Shown here one piece after another: positions 56,173 to 64,000 of a DNA stretch of 64,000 nt. Every line of letters begins with the position of its first letter. Within the stretch, counting starts at the first letter, position 1. The stretch comes from Capsulimonadaceae bacterium (GTDB lineage Bacteria > Armatimonadota > Armatimonadia > Armatimonadales > Capsulimonadaceae). The DNA lies in the NCBI GenBank assembly GCA_965215505.1, contig OZ244065.1:3264001-3328000 (forward strand), read 5' to 3'. Position numbers and translations under genes: made by a program. The notes beneath the pieces were generated by a model. The model worked only from the letters and a program-made list of their open reading frames with translations, was not told the origin of the DNA and ran no database searches.

Positions 56173-56910
56173 ATGACCTACCCCTGCCCGAAGGACCCGA
56201 CGCACCAGTCCGACGACCCCGACTACTGCTCGGTCTGCGGCGCGAAGATCGCCGGAACTCCGTTGGCCCCGCCCGCCGCGCCAATGCCCACGCCCGCAAC
56301 AGCACTCGCCGCAGACAGCAGCCGGGTCTGCCCGGACTGCGGCACGCCGCGCGCCGGCGGCGCGCGCTTCTGCGAGGTCTGCCGCCACGACTTCGGGGCG
56401 GGGACGCCGGGCATCGCCGCCGCCGCGCCCCCCGCCACGACGCCGACACGGCGCGACCTGACGCCCGCGCCCGACCCCATCGTCGCCGCCCCAGTGCCGG
56501 TTCCCGCCGTCCCGGTCCTGGCCACCCTCGCGCCGACCCTGGAAGCCGTCGCCGTCGTAGACCCGTCGCTCTATGTGGACCCCGACCCGAGCATGGTCCT
56601 CCCCGCGAATGAGCCGCCGCGCACCTTCCCCCTGGACCTGGCCGAGAACCTGATCGGGCGGCGCAGCGACAAGCGCGACATCCACCCCGAGGTGCCGCTG
56701 ACCGACCCCGGCGTCTCCCACCGCCACGCCAAACTCCTGCGCGGGCCGGACGGCGGCTTCGTCCTGCTGGATGTCGGCTCCTCCAACGGGACCCAGCTCA
56801 ACGGCAACGATGTCCCCGCCGGGGTCCGCACCCCCGTCAAGGCGGGCGACGAGATCACCCTGGGCTGCTGGACCCGCATCACCCTGCGGGACGCGGGGGC
56901 GCAGCCATGA
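56173..56910 (+). CDS. FHA-domain protein with zinc ribbons
   Basis: YCSVCG, CPDCG..FCEVC; IGRRS, D.GVSHRHA, SSNGT. Confidence 0.92.
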   Translation: MTYPCPKDPTHQSDDPDYCSVCGAKIAGTPLAPPAAPMPTPATALAADSSRVCPDCGTPRAGGARFCEVCRHDFGAGTPGIAAAAPPATTPTRRDLTPAPDPIVAAPVPVPAVPVLATLAPTLEAVAVVDPSLYVDPDPSMVLPANEPPRTFPLDLAENLIGRRSDKRDIHPEVPLTDPGVSHRHAKLLRGPDGGFVLLDVGSSNGTQLNGNDVPAGVRTPVKAGDEITLGCWTRITLRDAGAQP

Positions 56911-58322
56911 GCGTCGCCACCCAGCCCCCGCCCACGGTCGTCGCCCTGCCGGTCGCCCATGCCCCGGCCCCCTGGTCCACGCCCAGGCGGCTCCGGGCCG
57001 CCGTCGCGGCGGTCTGCTTTGCCTCCTTCCTGCTGTTCCTGGCCGTGTCCTTCGGCGCGAGGCAGCACGCCGGGGCCGTCAAGACCATCGGCAAAGACTC
57101 CGCCCCCAGCATCGTCGCCGCCGAAAGGATCAAGGCCGCGCTGTCGGACATGGACGCCAACGTCGCCAACGAGCTGATTGCCAAGCCCGGCCAGGGCGAG
57201 GGGTCAAGGGAGGCCTACGACCGGCGGCGTCAGGAACTCGGCCTGGGCCTCATCGCGGCGGCAGAGAACATCACCTACGGCGACTCCGAGCGAGTCCCGC
57301 TCCAGACGATCAACTACAACTTGGGCGCCTACGAGGCGGACGTGGCGGAGGCGCGGCTGCTGCACGGGCGCGGCGGGGACCGGGCCGTGCTGACCACCTA
57401 TTCCCGAGCCAGTCGGCTGATGCAGGGGACCATCCTGCCCGCCGCCGACGCCCTGGACAAAGCCAACGATGACGTCCTGGAAAGCACCTATAGCCGCCAG
57501 TCGGCCCTGTCCGGCGTCACCCTCACCCTCGTCTGGGCGACCGGCCTGCTCCTGCTGGCCGTCCTTCTGGGGACGCAGGTCTTCCTCAGCCGCCGCACCA
57601 ACCGGGTCTTCAACCTCCCCCTGCTGGCCGCGACCGGACTGGCATTGCTGTTCCTGCTGTTCGTCTTCGATAAGATGGGGGCGGCCTCCGAAGACCTCCG
57701 GGCGGCCAAGAAGGACTCGTTCGACTCCGTCTACGCCCTGTGGCACGCCCGCGCGGTCGCCTTCAACGCCAACGCCGACGAGAGCCGGTGGCTGATCGAC
57801 CGCGCCCACGCGGCGGACTACGAGAACGATTTCCGCCTGGAAGCCGGCCAGATCGCGACGCTGCCGCCGGACGGAAGCTTCACCTATGACGCGATCGCCG
57901 CGAAGTGTCAGGCCAAAGACGTCAAGGATGTGCCGGCGAGCTTCACCGGCTACCTCGCGAACGAGCTTCGCAACATCACGTTCTCCGGCGAGCAGGAGGC
58001 CGCCGACGAGACGCTGACCGCCTGGGGCAAGTACGTCGGCATTGACGGCCAGATCCGCGCCCTCGAAAACGCGGGGCGGCACGCCGACGCCGTCGCCCTC
58101 TGCACCGGCCCCGGCCCGGACCAGTCCAACGGCGCCTACCAGGCCTTCGACGACGGCCTGGGCCGGACCCTGGCGATCAACGAGAGAGAGCTGGCGAAAG
58201 ACGTGGCCCAAGGCTCCGCCGACGTCGCCGCGCTGCCCGTCCTCGCGCCGCTCGCCATGCTCGCCGTCGCCCTGCTGGCCTGGCTCGGCATCCGCCCCCG
58301 GCTGCGCGAGTACGGCCAATGA
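56907..58322 (+). CDS. GlnX-like membrane protein (extracytoplasmic four-helix bundles)
   Basis: TP.RL TM1, ALSDMDA..AN, RR..N.PLL.AT, C-terminal G.RPRLREY. Confidence 0.8.
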   Translation: MSVATQPPPTVVALPVAHAPAPWSTPRRLRAAVAAVCFASFLLFLAVSFGARQHAGAVKTIGKDSAPSIVAAERIKAALSDMDANVANELIAKPGQGEGSREAYDRRRQELGLGLIAAAENITYGDSERVPLQTINYNLGAYEADVAEARLLHGRGGDRAVLTTYSRASRLMQGTILPAADALDKANDDVLESTYSRQSALSGVTLTLVWATGLLLLAVLLGTQVFLSRRTNRVFNLPLLAATGLALLFLLFVFDKMGAASEDLRAAKKDSFDSVYALWHARAVAFNANADESRWLIDRAHAADYENDFRLEAGQIATLPPDGSFTYDAIAAKCQAKDVKDVPASFTGYLANELRNITFSGEQEAADETLTAWGKYVGIDGQIRALENAGRHADAVALCTGPGPDQSNGAYQAFDDGLGRTLAINERELAKDVAQGSADVAALPVLAPLAMLAVALLAWLGIRPRLREYGQ

Positions 58323-59107
58323 CAGCCTCCCCAACTATCTGGGTCATCACCTTCAACGTCCGCTGGGACGCGCCCAGCGACGAGTACAAGTGGGAGGAGC
58401 GGCGGGCGCGCTCCGTGCGGCTCCTGCAAAGCTGGTCCCCAGACCTGCTCGGCCTCCAGGAGCCGCTGCACGCACAGCTCGAAGACATCGCCGCCGCCCT
58501 GCCCGCCTACACCGTGCTGGGCGTCGGGCGGGAAGACGGCAAAGCGGCGGGCGAGTTCTGCCCCATCCTCTACCGGACCGCCCGCTTTGATCTCCAGGAC
58601 AGCGGCACGTTCTGGCTCTCCGGCACGCCCGCCGTCCCCGGCTCGGCGGGCTGGGGCAACCGCATCCCGCGCCTCTGCACCTGGGCGCATCTGCGGGACC
58701 GGGAGACGGGGGGCGACCTCTCCCTCTACAACGTCCACCTGGACCACGAATCCCAGCCCGCCCGCGAGAGGAGCGCGCAGCTCCTGGTAGACACCCTGCG
58801 TCAGCGCGCCGCCGACGGCCCGGTCATATTGACCGGCGACTTCAACGCCGAGCCGGGCAACCTAGCCATCAAGCGCCTGCAAGCCGAAGACTCGCCCGTC
58901 CCGATAAGCGCCCTGGACATCGCATCGCCCGCGCCGCCCGGCACGTTCCATGACTTCACGGGCCGAGCGTCAGGCGGCCCGATAGACTACATCTTCCTCT
59001 CGCCCGAATGGCAAGTCCTAGAGGCCGAAGTCTTGACCGGGGACGGCGCGCGGCCCTTCCCCTCCGACCACTTCCCCGTCGCCGCAACACTCCGGCTCCA
59101 AACCTGA
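58319..59107 (+). CDS. Endonuclease/exonuclease/phosphatase family protein
   Basis: TFNVR, DLLGLQE, N.HLDH, TGDFNA, IDYIF, PSDHFPV. Confidence 0.93.
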   Translation: MTASPTIWVITFNVRWDAPSDEYKWEERRARSVRLLQSWSPDLLGLQEPLHAQLEDIAAALPAYTVLGVGREDGKAAGEFCPILYRTARFDLQDSGTFWLSGTPAVPGSAGWGNRIPRLCTWAHLRDRETGGDLSLYNVHLDHESQPARERSAQLLVDTLRQRAADGPVILTGDFNAEPGNLAIKRLQAEDSPVPISALDIASPAPPGTFHDFTGRASGGPIDYIFLSPEWQVLEAEVLTGDGARPFPSDHFPVAATLRLQT

Positions 59108-59193
59108 CCGCCGACGGGTGACGTTTTAGGCGCGCGCCGCGCGGGAAGAAATCCCCCGTCGGGAGCGGACACTCCCGGCGGAAAGGGGGCGAG

Positions 59194-59757
59194 ATGGTCC
59201 CTTACCCTCCCCCGCACGATAGCCGGCACCCGTCCGGCATGGCGCGCGTCGTGGCGCGCAACATCCAGGCTCTGCTCGCGCGGCGGCGCGACGAGGACAA
59301 GGCCCGGCGGCTGCCGGACCGGCTGGCCGATGCTATCACCCGGTTCACGGGCAGCATGGCGTTCATCGCCATCCACCTGACCGTCTACGGCCTCTGGATC
59401 GCGGCCAGCCTCGGCTGGCTCTCCCGCCTTCATGTCCCGCGCTTCGACCCGTCCTTCGTGATCCTCGCGACCGAGGCCTCGGTCGAGGCCATTTTCCTGT
59501 CCACCTTCGTGCTGATCAGCCAGAACCGGATGAACGCACTCGCCGACAAGCGGGCCGACCTGGATTTGCAGGTCAGCCTGCTCGCCGAGCATGAGGTGAC
59601 GCGCCTGATCTCCCTCGTGACCGCGATGGCGCAGAAGATGGGAGTCGAGGGGGCGGGCGACCCGGAGCTTGCGGAACTGGCCCAGGATGTCGCCCCGGAG
59701 CGCGTCCTGGACGAGATGGAGACGAGCGCCCGGAATGCCTCCGAGGGCGGGCCGTGA
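59194..59757 (+). CDS. DUF1003 membrane protein
   Basis: RLAD.IT.F.GS, FDP.F, S.EAIFLSTFVLISQNR. Confidence 0.9.
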   Translation: MVPYPPPHDSRHPSGMARVVARNIQALLARRRDEDKARRLPDRLADAITRFTGSMAFIAIHLTVYGLWIAASLGWLSRLHVPRFDPSFVILATEASVEAIFLSTFVLISQNRMNALADKRADLDLQVSLLAEHEVTRLISLVTAMAQKMGVEGAGDPELAELAQDVAPERVLDEMETSARNASEGGP

Positions 59758-61241
59758 TGCCCTCCGAAAAGTCCCATGCCCCGGCATCCCATGTCCTCGT
59801 CCGCTGGGCGTTCCTGCGCGCCCTGGGCCTGGTCTACTTCTGCGCCTTCGCCTCCCTGTGGCCGCAGATATTGGGGCTGGTCGGCAGCCGGGGCATCCTC
59901 CCGGCGCATGATTTCTTGGAGGCCCTCACCGATCAGGCCGGGCCGGACCGATTCCGGCTCGCGCCGACCCTGCTCTGGCTGGACCCGAGCGACCACGCCC
60001 TGCGCGGGCTGTGCGTTGCGGGGATGCTGCTGTCCCTGCTGCTGGTCGTCAATGTCCTGCCCGTCCCGACTCTGGCGGGCCTCTGGCTCCTGTACCTGTC
60101 CGTCGTCAGCGTCGGACAGGACTTTTTGGGGTTCCAGTGGGACACGCTGCTGCTCGAAACGGGCTTCCTCGCCATCTTCTTCGCTCCGGGGCGCGTTCTG
60201 CCGAGTTTCATCAACGAAACGCCTCCCTCGCGGCTGGCGCTCTGGCTCCTGCGCTGGCTGCTGTTCCGCCTGATGTTCGCCTCGGGCGTCGTCAAGCTCG
60301 CCTCGGGCGACCCGACGTGGCGGAGCGGCACGGCGCTCGCCTTCCACTACGAGACGCAGCCGCTGCCGACACCACTGGCCTGGCTCCTGCACCTGCTCCC
60401 GCTGTCCTTGCAGCGCTTCTCCACCCTGTCCGTCCTGGCCCTGGAACTGGCCGCGCCCTTCCTGATCTTCGGCCCGCGCCGCCTGCGCCTGGCCGGGGCG
60501 GGCCTGCTGGCCGCTTTGCAGGTCCTGATCCTGCTGACCGGCAGCTTCGCCTTCTTCAACTATCTGACACTGGCCCTGTGCGTCCTATTGCTGGATGACG
60601 CCGCCCTGCGGCGGCTCGTGCCCGGCCGCCTGCGCCGCCGCCTCCCCGCCGGACCGGAAGCCCGCCCCGCGCCGCCGCGCGCCCGGCGCTGGGTCCTCGC
60701 CCCCGTCGCGGCCTTCGTCCTGGCCCTCAGCCTGGGGCGGCTCGCCGGCGACTTCGGCCTGCCCTCTCCCGTTCAGCCTCTGGCCGCTTGGTCGGAGCCG
60801 CTGCACCTAGTCAACCCGTATGGCCTGTTCGCCGTCATGACCACCTCCCACCCGGTCATCGCCGTCGAGGGCAGCGAAGACGGCCGGACGTGGGTTCCCT
60901 ATCGCTTCCGCCATCAGCCGCAGGACCCGGACCGGGCACCCCGGTGGGTCGCGCCGTTCCAGCCGCGCCTGGACTGGCAGCTCTGGTTCGCCGCCCTCGG
61001 CAGTGCCGATCAAGCCCCCTGGTTCCAGGCCTTCCTGGTACGCCTGCTGCAAGGCTCCCCCGACGTGCTGGGCCTGCTCCAGACGAAGCCCTCCCCCCAC
61101 GCGCCCCCGCGCTTCGTCCGGGCGACGCTCTATGACTACCGCTTCACGGACTTCCCCACACATCGGGCGACCGGGGCGTGGTGGCGACGCCGCCCGCTCG
61201 GGCTTTACTTCCCGCCCGCCTCGCTGCGCCCTTCCCCCTGA
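59757..61241 (+). CDS. Lipase maturation factor family protein
   Basis: FQWDTLLLETGFL, FRLMF.SG.VKL, HYETQPLP, YGLFAVMT, QPRLDWQ.WFAA. Confidence 0.93.
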   Translation: MPSEKSHAPASHVLVRWAFLRALGLVYFCAFASLWPQILGLVGSRGILPAHDFLEALTDQAGPDRFRLAPTLLWLDPSDHALRGLCVAGMLLSLLLVVNVLPVPTLAGLWLLYLSVVSVGQDFLGFQWDTLLLETGFLAIFFAPGRVLPSFINETPPSRLALWLLRWLLFRLMFASGVVKLASGDPTWRSGTALAFHYETQPLPTPLAWLLHLLPLSLQRFSTLSVLALELAAPFLIFGPRRLRLAGAGLLAALQVLILLTGSFAFFNYLTLALCVLLLDDAALRRLVPGRLRRRLPAGPEARPAPPRARRWVLAPVAAFVLALSLGRLAGDFGLPSPVQPLAAWSEPLHLVNPYGLFAVMTTSHPVIAVEGSEDGRTWVPYRFRHQPQDPDRAPRWVAPFQPRLDWQLWFAALGSADQAPWFQAFLVRLLQGSPDVLGLLQTKPSPHAPPRFVRATLYDYRFTDFPTHRATGAWWRRRPLGLYFPPASLRPSP

Positions 61242-61335
61242 TCGCCTCCGGGGAGCCAGTCTGTGGCCCGGCCCGCCGCCTGTTCCACAGTAGGCGAATG
61301 GGTACGCACAAGCCGGGCCTGGGTAAGAAGGCCGC

Positions 61336-63069
61336 GTGTTCAAAGCCTGCCTTCCCTGCCTTTTTCCCTTTGCCGCCCTGTGCCTCCTCGCCCCGGCGGC
61401 GTCAGCCCAGCGGCCAGCCCGGACCGTGCTGGACATCGAGAACCTGCGCGCCGTGCCGGCGGGGCGACTGCCGAATGATGTCCCCACCTGCCAGGTGCTT
61501 GTCGTCGGCGGCGGGCTGGGCGGCGTGGCCGCCGCCGAGGACCTGGCCCGCGCGGGCGTCTCCGTCATCCTGACCGAGCCGACCTCGCACCTCGGCGGGC
61601 AGCTCACCGCCCAGGGGCTGGGGACGCCCGACGAGAACAGCTTCATCGAGGACGCCCCCGGACCCGGCACGCCTCACTACCGCGCGCTGCGCGACCAGGT
61701 GCGCGACGCCTACGCGCGGACGCCTAATGTCGTGCCCAGCCGGGCGCGCAACGTCGGCGTCTGCTGGGTCAGCCGCGTCTCGGGCGAGCCGGCCGTCTGG
61801 GAGCAGGCGATCAAGGACCGGCTCGCGCCGCTGGCCGGGCCGTCCGGCATCCGCGCCATCCTCACGCGCAATCAGCTACTTGCCGTCGCCCGCTACCGCG
61901 GCAATGGTCAGGTCTCTTATGCCGACTTCCTGGACCTGGACACGGGCCGCATCACCCGCATCGGCGCGCAGTTCGTCCTGGACGCCACCGAGACCGGCGA
62001 CGTGCTGCCGCTCGCCGGGTCGCCCTGGACGGTGGGCCAGGAGGCGCGTTCGCTCTACGGCGAGCCGGACGCGCCGCCCGCCCCGCACCCAGAATGGGTA
62101 CAGAGCCTCACCTACTGCTTCGCCGTCCGCTGGACGCCGCAGGGCGTCCTCCCCCTCGTTGACAGGCCCGCAGAGTACGACCGCTTCAACGCGACCGGCG
62201 CTTACTCGCTCGCCTATGACCCGGACGGGCAGGGACCGACCGATTACCGGATGTTCGGCTACGCGCCCGGCGCAGGCGGCCCGTTCTGGAGCTACCGGCG
62301 GCTCGTCGCTGCGTCTTCTTTTGTCAACGACCCGCGCTACGCGCAGGACGTGTCGCTGATCAACTGGAGCGGCAACGACTTCCGCGGCGAAAGCTTTATC
62401 GGCAAGTCGGCGGAAGAGCAGGTCCGCATCCTGACGCGCGCCAAAGCGTTCGCGCAGGGGTTCTTGTACTGGCTCCAGACCGAGTGCCCGCGCGACGAGG
62501 GCGGGGCGGGCTACCCCGAAATGCAGCCCGCCCCGGACGTGCTGGGGGCGGACGGCTTCGCATCGCACCCCTACATCCGCGAGTCGCGTCGCCTGCTGGG
62601 ACAGGCCACACTGACCGAGAACGCCATGCTCCCGGACCCCGCCGCCCCCGGCGATACTGCCGGCCCGGCACCCTTCGACGCGGCGGGGATCGCCTTCTAC
62701 CCGATTGACATCCACCCCGCGCTCGGGGAGCCGCCGCTGCTGGCGCGGACGCTGCCCTACCACCTGCCTTTGGGGGCGTTCGTGGCGCGCTCCGGCCCGA
62801 CGAACGTCCTGCCCGCCGGCAAAGACCTCGGGGCCAGCCGCCTTGCGGCGGCTTCCGCCCGGATCCACCCGGCCGAGTGGCTGTGCGGGGAGATCGCCGC
62901 CCACCTCGCCGCCTTCTGCCTGGTGCATGACATCCAGCCGGCCCAGGTGCGGGACACGCCCGCGCTGCTGGCGGCCTTCCAGGCCGGCCTGGAAGCGGAC
63001 GGCATCCCGACGCGCTGGGCGGAAGTGTCGGCAGGAAACCGCGCCCCCCCCGGCGAAACAGCGCCGTGA
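61336..63069 (+). CDS. FAD-dependent oxidoreductase with N-terminal signal-like segment
   Basis: VVGGGLGGVAAA, LGGQLT.QG, DATETGD, PYIRESRR. Confidence 0.88.
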   Translation: MFKACLPCLFPFAALCLLAPAASAQRPARTVLDIENLRAVPAGRLPNDVPTCQVLVVGGGLGGVAAAEDLARAGVSVILTEPTSHLGGQLTAQGLGTPDENSFIEDAPGPGTPHYRALRDQVRDAYARTPNVVPSRARNVGVCWVSRVSGEPAVWEQAIKDRLAPLAGPSGIRAILTRNQLLAVARYRGNGQVSYADFLDLDTGRITRIGAQFVLDATETGDVLPLAGSPWTVGQEARSLYGEPDAPPAPHPEWVQSLTYCFAVRWTPQGVLPLVDRPAEYDRFNATGAYSLAYDPDGQGPTDYRMFGYAPGAGGPFWSYRRLVAASSFVNDPRYAQDVSLINWSGNDFRGESFIGKSAEEQVRILTRAKAFAQGFLYWLQTECPRDEGGAGYPEMQPAPDVLGADGFASHPYIRESRRLLGQATLTENAMLPDPAAPGDTAGPAPFDAAGIAFYPIDIHPALGEPPLLARTLPYHLPLGAFVARSGPTNVLPAGKDLGASRLAAASARIHPAEWLCGEIAAHLAAFCLVHDIQPAQVRDTPALLAAFQAGLEADGIPTRWAEVSAGNRAPPGETAP

Positions 63070-63092
63070 CGGGAGAAAGGTGGAGGACACTC

Positions 63093-64000
63093 ATGGACCA
63101 GGCGAGACAGAATGCGCCGGGGCAACGCCCAGAAGGACAGCGCTCGGACCAGGTGAAGACCTGTCAGATCGGCTACCTGCCCCACGAAACCAAGTTCGCC
63201 ATGCTCACCGATGCCCCGGCGGGCGCGGCCGTCGTGCGGCGGGCAGCAGACGGCGGGGCCGTTCTTACGGTGAAGGCGGCCCCGCCGGTCCAGGACGCCG
63301 ACTCGGGCGACGCCGTCAGCGCCATAGACTTCTCCGCGCTGGCCGAGCCGGGGGCCTACTTCCTGGAAGTCCCCGGCGTCGGCCTCAGCGACGAGTTCCA
63401 GGTCGGGCCGGACATCTTCGCCCGCCCCTTCCGGCTGGCGATGCGGATGTTCACCGGCCAGCGCTGCGGCACGCCCGTCAGCCTCGCGCCCGACTTCCCC
63501 GAGTACCACTACCCCGTCTGCCACACCGCGCCCGCCGAGTTCCACCCGTCCAGCGGGCAGCACGGGCAGTGGGACTGTCAAGGGGGCTGGCACGACGCCG
63601 GGGACTATGGCCGCTACACCGTCAACTCGGGCATCACGACGGGGACGCTGCTGTGGGCCCACGAGCTGAACCAGGACAAGCTGCGCGCCGTCGATCTTGA
63701 CCTGCCCGAGTCGGGAGGGCCGACGCCGGACGTGCTGGCCGAGATCCGCTGGAACGTCGCATGGATGCTGCGGATGCAGGACGGGGACGGCGGCGCGTGG
63801 CACAAGGCGACGACCGCCCGGTTCCCCGGCTTCGTCATGCCGCAGGACGATGCAGACCCGGTCCTGATCATCGGGCACGGCGAAGCGCCCTACAAGACGA
63901 CGGCGGCGACTGCCGACCTCGCCGCCGTCTGCGCCATCGCCGCCCGGCTGTACCGGCCCTTCGATGCGGCCTTCGCCGGCACCTGCCTCCGCACCGCCGA
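63093..64000 (+). CDS. Glycoside hydrolase family 9 with N-terminal Ig-like domain (3' truncated by window edge)
   Basis: Read by hand from ATG 63093 (GGAGG RBS): QIGYLP..K, QRCG, GGWHDAGDYGRY, MQD.DG. Confidence 0.9.
   Translation, partial: MDQARQNAPGQRPEGQRSDQVKTCQIGYLPHETKFAMLTDAPAGAAVVRRAADGGAVLTVKAAPPVQDADSGDAVSAIDFSALAEPGAYFLEVPGVGLSDEFQVGPDIFARPFRLAMRMFTGQRCGTPVSLAPDFPEYHYPVCHTAPAEFHPSSGQHGQWDCQGGWHDAGDYGRYTVNSGITTGTLLWAHELNQDKLRAVDLDLPESGGPTPDVLAEIRWNVAWMLRMQDGDGGAWHKATTARFPGFVMPQDDADPVLIIGHGEAPYKTTAATADLAAVCAIAARLYRPFDAAFAGTCLRTA

Overview
GC-rich bacterial chromosomal segment, most likely Armatimonadota (inferred from the PEASTTVSFGLLLALG-type PEP-CTERM tails, a DUF6785/6784-type membrane protein and a BTAD-ATPase-TPR regulator). 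Core genes: hsp20-lon (HAIR-like operator), T-box-led valS, a heptose kinase, flgM behind a c-di-GMP-I riboswitch, and parA-parB-cinA-thpR-recA...recX with candidate SOS boxes. Accessory regions: (i) a repeat-bounded AT-rich PIN/antitoxin cassette; (ii) a duplicated PEP-CTERM locus where both copies have a variant c-di-GMP-II-like leader and an 11-bp-period operator, next to a SARP/BTAD regulator; (iii) the strongest candidate for a new system, at 43.5-50 kb: a predicted ~90-nt end-paired RNA leading a divergent Ro60/TROVE-vWA-like gene, an ARPP-2-like/Fis-HTH gene and a NUDIX gene, head-to-head with a ~1050-aa helical protein; (iv) an actinobacterial-type PknG-PP2C-vWA-FHA-GlnX signalling module. 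Many REP-like nested palindromes and three orphan antitoxins are present. No rRNA, tRNA, CRISPR array, integrase or transposase was seen. Family assignments come from motif recognition by eye, not database searches.
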